The translations under genes and the position numbers were made by a program. A stretch of DNA of 64,000 nt from Carpediemonas membranifera BICM (Eukaryota; Protista; Fornicata): positions 268-64,267 of the forward strand of contig JAHDYR010000040.1 of the NCBI GenBank assembly GCA_019828565.1. The letters run 5' to 3'. Positions 12,025 through 22,469 of this stretch are shown here, piece after piece (the first letter of the stretch is position 1; the number at the start of each line of letters is the position of its first letter). Below the pieces are notes generated by a model that searched no databases, was not told the origin of the DNA, and worked only from the letters and a program-made list of their open reading frames with translations.

Positions 12025-15000
12025 ATGACATTTAAGAACAAAGAAAAAGCGGTTCCCCCGCTATTCCGCGACCCTTCAATGAAGGCGTTGCTTGATTTTT
12101 ACCTTCACCTCCAAACGTACCGTTCCCTCGGCGGTAAGGCCGATATCTCCGAACTCGTCGATCCATCTATCGCTGACTATGTCTCGCAATGCATCGACGA
12201 GGCCGGTAACTCCGAAGACGATGATTACGTACCGTTACTGATGGCAACTACCGAGCGCCGCCGTCAAAAGCGCAACTTCAGCGATCTACGAATCCTCAAG
12301 CGCCTAGGCAGCGTACTGCGTCCCAGCAGATCCACCGCTCAGCTCGATCTTTTCCGTCTACGCGCCAAGACCTTCGACCCCGTCGAGGTCAATAACGTCA
12401 ATCGGAAGTTCAAGGCGCTCCAGCTGTTAGTCAATCCAGATGTACCTGAGGATGTGCTCAAAGAGACGTACTGCAGATGCTTCCGCGTGCAAGGATCCAA
12501 CACGATCATGTACAAGGTCAAGGAGCTCGCAGAAGGCCTCGACATCCCCTCGATCATGCCGAAAGTCATGGCAATGTCACGCGACCTACAGGAGTCGCAA
12601 GAGATGGTGAACTCCTTCTCCCCCGCTGCTGCCCGTCCCAGAGCTCCACATGTTCACGAGCGCGAGCCACGCAGTGACCACCAAGATCCCTCGGAGCGCC
12701 ACGACCGCCAAGGTTCGAAGCCCATAGTGAAGCCCAACCGTCAGAACAAGCCCAAGAAGCAGTACGTGTGCTACAACTGCGGTAAGCCCGGGCATCCGTC
12801 TTTCAAGTGCGCTGAGCCGAAGGCATTCTGCCCTAAGTGCCACAAGTCAGGACACCTGGCCGATTACTGCCCTACCAAGAAGGGAGTAAATCAGCGTCGG
12901 TGTGTTCATTCTGTTTCGGATTCAAAATTCGTCGCGGCCCTGAATGCCCCGAAGGAGATTTCCCCGGGTGACCTCCCTGTAGTGAACGCTCGTCTCGGCA
13001 AGCGCAAAGCCAATTCTTTACTCGACTCTGGTGCCAACTGTTCCACCATAAGCCCCAGACTAGTCGACGAGAAACGCTGCAAATGGATCTCGAGAGAACC
13101 CACGCAAATCCACACCGTCGGAGATACCCGTCAAGCAGAAGGCGAGGTAGAAGTAACCCTCAAGCTGGATCCATCTCCGTTCACTCCTCATGGTTGTACA
13201 CTCACTCTCCGCGCCTACGTGATAGACACTGCGTTCGACATCATCATCGGATTTCCTCAGATGGTAAGTCTCGGACTCTTGCCAAGCGCCATTCCCAGCT
13301 CCTCCGACCCGACTGAGGACTCTAGTGAGACCCCACCGGCCACGAAATACATCGCACAAGCCATGTCCGAGCTGTCCCAAGAGGCACGCGACCGACAGTC
13401 GTCTATACTTCGACGATACGCCTCCAACTTCAAAGAGCGTGATGCGCCTAGCCTACTAGACCCCTACGACCTGGTGATCAAGGGAAACAAGGTCGTGAAC
13501 GTCCGTCCATACTTCGTGCCTCCTCCTAAGGTCCCCATCGTTAAGGAGCACGTTGACACCTTGCTTGCAAAAGGCTTCATAGAGGCCTGTCAGTCTGATT
13601 ATTCTAGCCCGACGATCGTTGTCCCCAAGAAGGGTGAGAAGACGCGGTTCGTGGTCGATTTCCGGGAAATTAACTCCTTGACCGAGCCGTTTGACTATCC
13701 GATTCCTCGCATTGACGAGATCTTGGCACAATTGAGTCGCAAGAGGATCTTCGCCACTCTTGACCTTGCCGCAGGTTACCACCAAATCGCGCTAACCGAG
13801 CGTTGTCGCCACCTAACGGCCTTCCGAACTGTCTTCGGACAGTATCAGTACACTCGCATGCCGTTTGGCCTGCGGAACGCTGGGGCTTATTTCCAGCGCG
13901 CGATGGAGACTGCGTTCGAGGGTCTGGTCGGATCTTCCTGCATTATCTATATTGATGACATTATTGTAATGGGAGACTCTGAGGCAGAGTATCTGGATAA
14001 CCTAGAGCGAGTGATGGCCCGAGTCGAAAAGATGAGACTCCACCTGGGTCGGGATAAGTGCCAGTTCGGCTGTGCCGAAGTTGAATTCTTGGGGTGGATC
14101 ATCCACAATGGTACGGTTCGCATTTCACCTCAGCGTGTTGAAGATATAGCACAGTTGAAAGTCCCGAAGTCCACAAGAGGGTTCCAGGCCCTTCATGGGT
14201 TCCTGAACTACTTCCGCGATCATATCCCTTTCTTCGCCGAGCGAGTCAAGCCTATAACGGATGCAATGTCCGGTAAGACGAGTTCTACAAGCGCTGACGT
14301 CTCCAAAGCACTAGAAGACGCGAAAGCCGCCCTCTGCTCCGCGGATGCACTCGCGATCTTCGACGCCACGCGTCCACACGTTGTTATGACTGACGCTTCC
14401 GCCGTGGGATACGGAGCGGTTCTCCTCCAAGACGGCAAGCCCGTCTGCTATCTATCGAAGGCATTTAATGATGTACAGTCGCGGTGGAGTGTTGGTGAAA
14501 AAGAGGCGTACGCCATTGTGTCCGCGCTCCAGGCCTGGCGCAAGTTCTTGTGCTGGGAGCGCTTCGAGATCAAGACCGACCACCGTAACTTGCTCTATAT
14601 GTATAAGTCGGTCAACGCTAAGGTCAGGCGCTGGGCCGATTCTATCGCCGATCTCGATTTCACTATCTCCCACGTTCCCGGCCTCGATAACGGTGCCGCT
14701 GACGGTTTGTCTAGGGTGTTTGCCATGGCCAAGAAGACAGCAACGACCGAACAGATTCACCAAGCTCACTTGTTCGCTGACGTCCACCTGTCGAGACGTC
14801 TTACGATCGAGCGCCTCCGTGGCCAAGGACTGTCAGTCTCACGCGATGCAGTTGATAGGGTCGTATCCGACTGTCCGATCTGCCAAGTCCTCGATCGGCC
14901 GCCGGTCGACCAACCCGACGGTCTCCACACAGCTGTTGACACCCCACTACAACGCGTGGCAATCGACACGATGGGTCCTTTGCCGTCCTGTGACGGGTAC

Positions 15001-16023
15001 TCGTATATTACCGTCATGGTAGATATGTGCTCTCGCTGGACTGAATTAGTCCCTGCCAAGAGCAACTCCGGAAAAGAAGCAGCCGAGGCCTTTATCAATA
15101 CCTGGGTCCTAAGATATGGAGCGCCGCAAGTACTCCAGTCAGACGGCGGATCTGAGTTTCACAATGGCCTATTCCGACGACTATCGCAAGAGGTGGGGTT
15201 CCAGCAGCATATCACCACCGCGTACCATCCTCAGGCCAATGGGATGGTGGAAAGAGCGAACCAACAAGTCGAGAGGATCCTTAAGGCCCGTAAGTTCCAG
15301 TTAAGAAACCCCAACTGGCTCACACACCTGCCAGTCGCAAGATTCATTGCCAATTCGACGCCGAGAATCCCTACGAGGCTGTCCCCGGCCGAGATCATGC
15401 TGGGAGCCAACATCACTATCCCATCGACGCTTTATACCACGGACGCTTCCTCCGCAGGCATCACCCAGTCCCACCGTAAGGCCGCCGAGGCTGCGGTACA
15501 GCTGGCTAAGGCCAGGATCTCAACTATGCGTGAAGAGGCGCTCGCCAGAGCGTCCTCTACCCGCTCAGAGATCCTCAGTCGCTACGTGCTCGTCAAGTAC
15601 GCCAAAAGACCCCCAGATAAGCTGTCGCCGGGGTGGCGTGGCCCAATGCGAAGAGTCGAGTCAGTCAAGCGCGACGGTGTCACCGTGGGCTACATTGTAC
15701 AGGACCTGTCGCAGCCGAGAGACGGCCCGACGATCAAGGTCGACGCTGCCAGAGTCCGACGGTTCAACCCTGGCACCTTGTCCGACACTCAGATCAAGGA
15801 GCTTGCCGCAGCCGCTACCGAGGAGTGGTACGTCGATCGGATCAGCCGCTCAGAGGGTCCCGACGGTAGCAAGAGATGTCCGATGTCCAGACGCCGCTAT
15901 CTGGTGCACTGGACAGGCTTCGAGGACTCTGAAGCCACCCTGCAGGATTACAGCTTCGTCAAAGACTTGGCCGCGCTCACTGAGTACCTAGAGTCAGAGC
16001 AAGCCAAGATCGACGGTCTGTAA
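12025..16023 (+). CDS. Gag-Pol polyprotein (2x CCHC, protease, RT, RNase H, integrase, chromodomain), single frame
   Basis: CYNCGKPGHPSFKC, CPKCHKSGHLADYC, LLDSGA, YIDDI, TDAS, IDTMGP/SDGGSEF/NGMVER, WYVDRI..YLVHWTGF. Confidence 0.96.
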   Translation: MTFKNKEKAVPPLFRDPSMKALLDFYLHLQTYRSLGGKADISELVDPSIADYVSQCIDEAGNSEDDDYVPLLMATTERRRQKRNFSDLRILKRLGSVLRPSRSTAQLDLFRLRAKTFDPVEVNNVNRKFKALQLLVNPDVPEDVLKETYCRCFRVQGSNTIMYKVKELAEGLDIPSIMPKVMAMSRDLQESQEMVNSFSPAAARPRAPHVHEREPRSDHQDPSERHDRQGSKPIVKPNRQNKPKKQYVCYNCGKPGHPSFKCAEPKAFCPKCHKSGHLADYCPTKKGVNQRRCVHSVSDSKFVAALNAPKEISPGDLPVVNARLGKRKANSLLDSGANCSTISPRLVDEKRCKWISREPTQIHTVGDTRQAEGEVEVTLKLDPSPFTPHGCTLTLRAYVIDTAFDIIIGFPQMVSLGLLPSAIPSSSDPTEDSSETPPATKYIAQAMSELSQEARDRQSSILRRYASNFKERDAPSLLDPYDLVIKGNKVVNVRPYFVPPPKVPIVKEHVDTLLAKGFIEACQSDYSSPTIVVPKKGEKTRFVVDFREINSLTEPFDYPIPRIDEILAQLSRKRIFATLDLAAGYHQIALTERCRHLTAFRTVFGQYQYTRMPFGLRNAGAYFQRAMETAFEGLVGSSCIIYIDDIIVMGDSEAEYLDNLERVMARVEKMRLHLGRDKCQFGCAEVEFLGWIIHNGTVRISPQRVEDIAQLKVPKSTRGFQALHGFLNYFRDHIPFFAERVKPITDAMSGKTSSTSADVSKALEDAKAALCSADALAIFDATRPHVVMTDASAVGYGAVLLQDGKPVCYLSKAFNDVQSRWSVGEKEAYAIVSALQAWRKFLCWERFEIKTDHRNLLYMYKSVNAKVRRWADSIADLDFTISHVPGLDNGAADGLSRVFAMAKKTATTEQIHQAHLFADVHLSRRLTIERLRGQGLSVSRDAVDRVVSDCPICQVLDRPPVDQPDGLHTAVDTPLQRVAIDTMGPLPSCDGYSYITVMVDMCSRWTELVPAKSNSGKEAAEAFINTWVLRYGAPQVLQSDGGSEFHNGLFRRLSQEVGFQQHITTAYHPQANGMVERANQQVERILKARKFQLRNPNWLTHLPVARFIANSTPRIPTRLSPAEIMLGANITIPSTLYTTDASSAGITQSHRKAAEAAVQLAKARISTMREEALARASSTRSEILSRYVLVKYAKRPPDKLSPGWRGPMRRVESVKRDGVTVGYIVQDLSQPRDGPTIKVDAARVRRFNPGTLSDTQIKELAAAATEEWYVDRISRSEGPDGSKRCPMSRRRYLVHWTGFEDSEATLQDYSFVKDLAALTEYLESEQAKIDGL

Positions 16024-17054
16024 ATCATGCTCTGCTTGATTTGCGCATTTTCGTTAGCCACAACCTCTAGAAAACAGCATATGATGTTGTTAATTGATGC
16101 TTTGCATACTGAATGGCGAGAGGAGCGCATACTGGAGACCAACGTCATCGCTTCCAGCGAGATAGTACACTGTCTTCCGTCGTAAGACAACAAGCAGTCT
16201 TCTTAATGTTAACGCACAAGGTTCTACAGCCTTTTACACCGTGAAGAGAACTATACGCATCGTTTGTCGACGTCAAATGGATTGACGGCGACCCAAAAAT
16301 GCGTCGACGGTGTGGCGGAGTAAGCAACCACGATGACCAGAATTGAACCTCCATCGCGAGGTCACTGGCCGAGATGACACCCTTTGGCGCACGTAGCTGG
16401 CGTCTATTAGGACCGAAAAGACGACCGGTGCGTGCACACCCATGTTTCGGGCAAGTCAGTACTACTGAAGGAATCGTTACCGTGTAACGCCTCAATCCAT
16501 CACATTTGATGTCCTAATGGCGCGATTGATGTTGTTATTTGCATTAAGAGCTTACTCGTGGCGATCGTGTAGTTCTAGGGAGCTCCGAAAGAAGAAAGCA
16601 CGAGAACTCGCCAACAAAGCCCTACTGAGGCTATTGGAGGTCTTTTTGGACTCTATGTAAGAATAGGCGCAATCAGCGCGAGGACTTGTCCATTCCTGAG
16701 ATCCGAACTCGTTATGTGCCCAAAAGTGCACATTGAAATGTTTGCGTTCTTTACGGCCGAGGTATGGCCGTGGAGGGCAGGGAGACCTGCAGTCCCCATT
16801 CCCATAACATAGCATGCTCACACAGCGGTACCGCGACAATTTCGAATATTTTCGAATCTTCAGATTCGTTTTGATATCCTTACCGATTATGGCCTTCTGG
16901 GTCCTGCCAAGTCCTAGGAGTGGTCCAGCCGTTGGGGTGGCACCCAACAGGGCTGTATCCAATCGACCAACATCGGGAAATCCTCACCACTCGCCTGTGG
17001 CGCAGTGGCCGTGAAGGTGACACCTTGAGGTCATGTCAGCCTATAGGCTGGCAT

Positions 17055-17064
17055 GGAGGGGCAG
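17055..17064 (+). other. Polypurine tract
   Basis: GGAGGGGCAG directly before the 3' LTR. Confidence 0.85.
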
Positions 17065-17188
17065 TGTCAGGGTCCTACCCATTGTTTACATAGTTGATAT
17101 ATTTATTATTGCCATATTTACCACAGCAGGGTCAAACCCTCTCTTCTTTGCTTTTACTAAAAGTTCTTCTAAGTCTTGACAGACCACA
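17065..17188 (+). repeat. 3' LTR (124 bp)
   Basis: Identical to the 5' LTR; followed by TSD GAGC. Confidence 0.95.
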
Positions 17189-17479
17189 GAGCCCAAAACG
17201 CCGGCAGGTGTCACTCGTTGCGCTAGAAGAACAGAGCACTGAGTCGAGAGCGATGCTCGCACACCTGAGTCAAGACATGCAAGCCGCAGGCTAGGAAGAA
17301 AGCGCCCTCAAGCTAGAGAGTACAAGAAGGCTCCAGCACATTTTTTGAATGCCAAAGGACCAGACGTCTGGATCGAGTCAGAGAACCCAGAGATGAGATT
17401 CTGAGGCGTGCCACTAAGTATTTACTCGGATTTACGGTAGAATCGATAGTCAACGGGTGAGGTGAGGGCCGACCGGAAT

Positions 17480-19903
17480 TTATGACCTCCCGTGATCCAA
17501 CACCATCTTCGCCATGCACCCCGCACTCCCCTTTCCGGTGGCAACAACCTTGGCGATGTTCAGCACAGCCAGAGACTCCTCCCGCCAGCCGGACCCGAAG
17601 TCGTACTCGGCCGGCATGAAGTTCTGACACCGTGTATCCTTCACCGCCGCCCAGGCCGCCTGCCGAAGCCTGGCGTCTCCATTGGCCCCATGCAGGGCGG
17701 GCAGGAGGAGCTTGAACTTCAGGTCCCGGCCAGCAGCCCCCCATTCGTCGAACCCGTCCTGGAGATGGCCCAGGACAATAATGAAAGAATCAAACACGGA
17801 GGAGTCGAGGACGTCTCGGGCGGGGGAGTGGATCGACAGCTGCTGCTGGAGTGGGAGCCGCATACTATGGTCAGCATCACTCAAAATCGTATCTAAAGAT
17901 CTGCTGACTGTTTCAATTTGCGAGTCGTCGAGCTCTGCGCCAGTCTGGGCGAGGGTGGGCAGGACGAGGGCGAGGAGGGAGATCAGGGTGTCATATTTCA
18001 TCGCTGCAGTCGGGAGGATCTCAAAGATCTTATCAACGCCGTTGAGTAACTCAACCACCTCGTCCTTGCCGAGCAAGCTGGCGAGCCCGGCCACCCACCG
18101 CGCCGGCATCAGCATCTCCTCTCCGTGCCCGAACCACTGGTCGGCCCCGCCTGCGAGCTGGGCGATGATAGGGGCGGGCAGACTGTCGGGCAGCAGGGTC
18201 GGGTCGAGCATGGAGACGAAGGGGAGAGAGTGGAGCAGGTGGGCACGCATGAGGGCGTCGGGGCGGGCTGTGAGGTAGGCTTGGAGGGAGGTGGCGAAGG
18301 GCGCTGTGAAGAGCAGGCGGCTGGCTGCAGGGAGGGCTTCGAAACACGGGACGTGGAGCCCTAGTGTCTCTGGGGAGATAAACTGGGAGAACGGGTTGCT
18401 GTCGAGACCCCGGATGGCCTCGGGGTAGACCCCGACGATGGTCCCCAAGAGACAGGCACCGGCCATGGCGTCGATCATCCCTTGGTCGGTGGCCAGGGAG
18501 GCCGGCATCGACCGGCTAGGAAGCCCCAGGACGTGCGGTGTGCGGTCCTGCACCGCAACGGGTGCCTTGGTCAGCATGCCGACGGAGGCAGCGAGCATAG
18601 TCTGCTGCGCGGCAGAGCTGGCCTCCTTGTCGTGATGGGCGAGCACGGTGATGGCCGAGGCGGCATACTGGAACGATTCCGCCGTCCTGAAGTTTGATAG
18701 CGACTCAACAGACTCGAGAATCTGGGTGGAGACAAAGTCGCCGAGTTTTCCGGCAAATGGCGGTGTTGCAAGGACATCAAGGGTAGATGCCCTGAAAGAA
18801 AAGCCGACCGGGTCTGCAGGCGCCGACCGCAGAATCTCAAGACACGATACCAAGATCTTAGATCCGATTGAATCTTCGTCAGCAAGGTCCCAATCAGCAG
18901 ATACAGGCCTGTGCGCAACAATCGTCAAGACCGCGGCCAGCCTCCTCACGAGGGCGGCCGACCTGACCGTGAACTGGGTCGAGTAGCACACCCACTGCCT
19001 CGTCAGCGCCTCCAGCACAGTCACAGTGCCCGGGGCGCTCCAGCTCGCGATTCTGTCGGCCAGGGTTGGGTGGGCTGCGGCGATGGCGTGCCAGACCATG
19101 CCCATGGCCGCGGCGGCGTTAGACGGCTCTGAGTTAGTCGATATGCCGGCCAGGGCGGCAGTCATCTTTGCGAGCACGTAGAATAGGTCCGAGTGGGCGA
19201 TGAAGTGGGCCGCGAACATCGAGTGGAGGGCACAGCGGGCCAGGGCCTGCAGCAGGAGGACGTTCTCGGCAGAAGTCACCGGAATAGTGTCCCACGGCAC
19301 GCGGAGGAAGAGAGGCGGCACACGGTCGTTGGGACTGCGGGCCGACTCCCCGACGAGCAGGGCGAGGTGGACGTCGGTGTCAGACAAGTCGGCCAGCTCA
19401 CCGAAAGTGAGCTCGCCGGGCGGATGCTCTGGGTCGAAAGAAAGGGGGGCCAACCGGGGCAGGGATGGCCACATGGGGAGGCCGGCCGTTCGCCTGGGGT
19501 GGAAGCAAGGGAGCATGAAGCACGGGCCCACCTCGCCCACAGCACACAGGAGGTTGTGGATGAGACCAATTGTGGGGGAAGACGTGAGGGTGAGCTCCCG
19601 TTGGGTGATGAGGATGAGCGGCAAACGGACGCGCTCGATGAGGGCGAGCAGGATGTCCCCAGACTGAGCACCGAACTCGCCGGAACGTGCATAGCGGGTG
19701 ATGGCGCTCAGGACATGCGCACCGATCTCCCTTTGGGAGTGATCGGTGGACCGGATCACTCGGTGGAGCATGGCGAGCGTGACGCCGGGAAACACATCGA
19801 GATTATCGTCTGGGCGCATAATACGGCCAGTGTTGTGAAACTTGAGGCTATTAAACACGTTTTCAACCTCTGGGCTGGTTGTTCGCTCCGTCTTGCCGAC
19901 CAT
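17480..19903 (-). CDS. RNA polymerase II-associated protein 1 (RPAP1/Rba50)-like
   Basis: LKFHNTG..PGVTLAMLHRVIRSTDHSQREIGAHVLSAI..GEFG resembles the RPAP1 C domain (GYTL.EL..L.RS....QR..A...L). Confidence 0.65.
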   Translation of the reverse strand: MVGKTERTTSPEVENVFNSLKFHNTGRIMRPDDNLDVFPGVTLAMLHRVIRSTDHSQREIGAHVLSAITRYARSGEFGAQSGDILLALIERVRLPLILITQRELTLTSSPTIGLIHNLLCAVGEVGPCFMLPCFHPRRTAGLPMWPSLPRLAPLSFDPEHPPGELTFGELADLSDTDVHLALLVGESARSPNDRVPPLFLRVPWDTIPVTSAENVLLLQALARCALHSMFAAHFIAHSDLFYVLAKMTAALAGISTNSEPSNAAAAMGMVWHAIAAAHPTLADRIASWSAPGTVTVLEALTRQWVCYSTQFTVRSAALVRRLAAVLTIVAHRPVSADWDLADEDSIGSKILVSCLEILRSAPADPVGFSFRASTLDVLATPPFAGKLGDFVSTQILESVESLSNFRTAESFQYAASAITVLAHHDKEASSAAQQTMLAASVGMLTKAPVAVQDRTPHVLGLPSRSMPASLATDQGMIDAMAGACLLGTIVGVYPEAIRGLDSNPFSQFISPETLGLHVPCFEALPAASRLLFTAPFATSLQAYLTARPDALMRAHLLHSLPFVSMLDPTLLPDSLPAPIIAQLAGGADQWFGHGEEMLMPARWVAGLASLLGKDEVVELLNGVDKIFEILPTAAMKYDTLISLLALVLPTLAQTGAELDDSQIETVSRSLDTILSDADHSMRLPLQQQLSIHSPARDVLDSSVFDSFIIVLGHLQDGFDEWGAAGRDLKFKLLLPALHGANGDARLRQAAWAAVKDTRCQNFMPAEYDFGSGWREESLAVLNIAKVVATGKGSAGCMAKMVLDHGRS

Positions 19904-20051
19904 TCACTTCCCGGCCGGATCGACTAGCCTTAACCCGCTCGGACACCAGCCGGCGCCGAGTTCGAGCCGATGTTCCTAGTTATCCTGCACTCGAGAGCCA
20001 CCTAGGAACATCGGCAGGACGACACGGAGTCCGCCAACGCCATGCCATACA

Positions 20052-20057
20052 TTTACT
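20052..20057 (-). terminator. AGTAAA putative poly(A) signal overlapping the stop codon (example copy)
   Basis: WGTAAA at or just after the stop in at least 8 genes. Confidence 0.5.
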
Positions 20058-20815
20058 CAAGCTCAGGCGCCGGCAAGCTGTCGATGATGCCCTGCATCTG
20101 CTCACTGTTATAGTGCTGGATACCGTCAGTCGACAGCCGGACGACCTGCACATTCTCCGTCGTCAGCTTCTCCTCCATCACCTGCTTCAGCAGGCTGACG
20201 ACGCACTTCTCGCTCTCCTCGACAGTCATGTCGTCCTTGTACTCCCGGTTGAGACCCTGCTGGGCGCCATCACAGCCCGCCCCGATAGCTTTGCCCTTGC
20301 ACTTGGCAAACGTGCCCGAAGGGTCCGTATGGTAGAGGACGGGTCCCTCACGGGGGTCTATGCCGCCGATGAGGAGGGCGACACCAAAGGGCCTCGACAT
20401 GATGTCCTCCTCGTCGTGGCCGAAGCGGAGGGAGAGGTCGCAGACAGACTGGGTCAGGTGCCCCACGGTGATCGGCTCGTTGTAGTTGAAGCGGAAGTTC
20501 TGGGCCTCAGCACGGGCGTGCTCGATGAGAGTGCGTGCGTCGGCGGTGAGGCCGGACATGGCCACGAGGACATGGTCATCGACTTCAACGAGCTTCTCAG
20601 CTGAGGAGATGAGAAGAGGAGAGGTGCTGCGCCTTTCGCATGCGATAATCACTGCATCCTTTGTCTGAATGCCCACAACTGTGGAGCCAAGCTTAGTAAA
20701 TGAAGAAACAAGAAAAACGGACCTTAACAGCCTCAATTGCGTATTCTACCTGAAATATTCTGCCCTCTGGGGAGAATGTGTTACCCTTATCATGTTCGTT
20801 TCTCGTCAGGAACAT
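20053..20815 (-). CDS. PSMA5: 20S proteasome subunit alpha-5; 31-nt intron 20692-20722
   Basis: Spliced [31 protein letters not shown]|LGST; [16 protein letters not shown]. Confidence 0.95.
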
Positions 20816-21355
20816 TATTCTGTTCCGCGTTCACAGTCGCCTCGTTTGACATGATCAATTGATCAGGGGATGGTACCCGCCCATGAATGTTGGTGGGTGG
20901 CAACCAGGCGCGTGTCATGCTTTGTACCTCAACTGGTGATTTGAGAATGCAAACTGCTGCAGAGTTTCACCCAGCAACAGGTGACGCATGCGGCTGTTGG
21001 TGATGTCCTGGCTCCTGATCTGGCTCACTGGAAGCCTCTCCAGATGTCGGACCCGGGCTTTACTACGCAGTGACATGTGCTGTCCGCTACAAATACCTCA
21101 AGACGACCCGCGACCCTGGGACTTTCATGCCGATCCTCCAAGAACAGTGCTAAGATTTCAGTCGACTTGGCACGCCGAGGTTCACTGGATGGCATGGTGC
21201 AGGAGATTCAACTTTATATTCTGTGGGCCACACTCGGGCTGCTCCTGGGAACCAAGGACTCGCCCTCGATCGATAAAGCAGCTTTCAAAAGTATTAATAA
21301 TAAATGTCAAGAGAACTCATCAAAGTAACCGGGCCGGGCGGACCTACATGCTATG

Positions 21356-22251
21356 TTACATGCCGCACTTCTCCTTCAATGTACGGACCTGCTCGCCCCT
21401 AAGCGCCGCCAGCTCCTGGAGCTTCATGTTCTTTGCCCCGAGGATGGCCACGTGCTTCCTCATCTCGTCAAGCTCGTGTTTCATCCTCATATACTCCTCC
21501 ACAGTTGGGCCACCCCGGGCCGTGACATCGGAGAACTCGCGGTCGATCTCCTCGGCCAGGGCCCGGTCGTCGAACTCATCGGCAAACTCGTCGTAGCTAT
21601 CTCCATTGGCTCTACCCGCGGGTGGCGACAGGGGAGAGTAATCCGACTCATACGACACGCTGCCAGACTGGTACGGCTCCGCTGAACCCCCTCTGCTCAC
21701 GCGTGGGCTCGGGCTCGGGCTGTCCGAGGGGCGGGTCCTGTGGCGACGGGGAGGCGGGCGGGACTCCTCAGCCTTGTCCACCTTGTGGCGCTCCATGTAC
21801 GAGGATGGCCGCTCCCTCTCTCGCGGCCTGGAGGACTTGGGAACGAAGACGAAAGAGTCAATCGCCAGCCGGGCACGCCAGAGGAGCTCCTCAATGGCAC
21901 CAGGCTCGGCCTTGGCAAGGCTGGCGATCTCTTCGTTGCTGAGAGGGAGATTAAGCTTGCTCCGGCCCAGGATTTTCTCAGCGTGAGATGGGGAAGGGAA
22001 ACGAACTCTTGAGAGTCTGCCAGTTGTACTTCTTCTGATCAAAGGAGCTAGCAGGAGAGTAGTTATGCAGGTCAACGAGATTTGGATGGAATTGGTGCAC
22101 TAGCTCAGCGAACATGCAGGCGTCGCTGAAATCACGGGCTATGTTTCTCTTCGGGCGGCTGAGTTCGATCGTATCTATCCACTGTATAAGTTTAACTAGG
22201 ATCACGAACAGAATAAAGGTCTTGAAGCTCTTCTTCGCTCAAACTGCTCAT
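21356..22251 (-). CDS. SPEF1: Sperm flagellar protein 1-like (CH domain + coiled coil); introns 22182-22209 and 21979-22006
   Basis: LYS|WIDTIELSRPKRNIARDFSD..VDLHNY..NWQTLK; the second intron must end in TG to keep the frame. Confidence 0.88.
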
Positions 22252-22469
22252 TAGTTTCGGTTTTGTCAGATCTGCGCAAATTCCTTTGTGATATCTTGAG
22301 GCCACCACGAGTGGCGCACCGAGTGCGCAGCAGCTCGAAAGCGATCATGCGTCCATTCGAAGAGATCATCGCAGACTGCGATCCACTTAGAGAGCAGACC
22401 TCATCCTGCACAACGGCCCTGATCCGAAACAATGCCAACCTAACTCGCAAAACAATAAATTTAAACCCT

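Larger units (their letters stand above)
11879..17188 (+). mobile_element. Full-length, young Ty3/Gypsy chromoviral LTR retrotransposon
   Basis: Identical 124-bp TG..CA LTRs, GAGC TSD at 11875-11878 and 17189-17192, intact gag-pol, PPT. Confidence 0.96.

Noticed and set aside
16145-16962. Antisense ORFs (116 and 136 aa) or env-like gene in the LTR element tail
   Set aside because: No recognisable motifs, TM/signal pattern or codon bias
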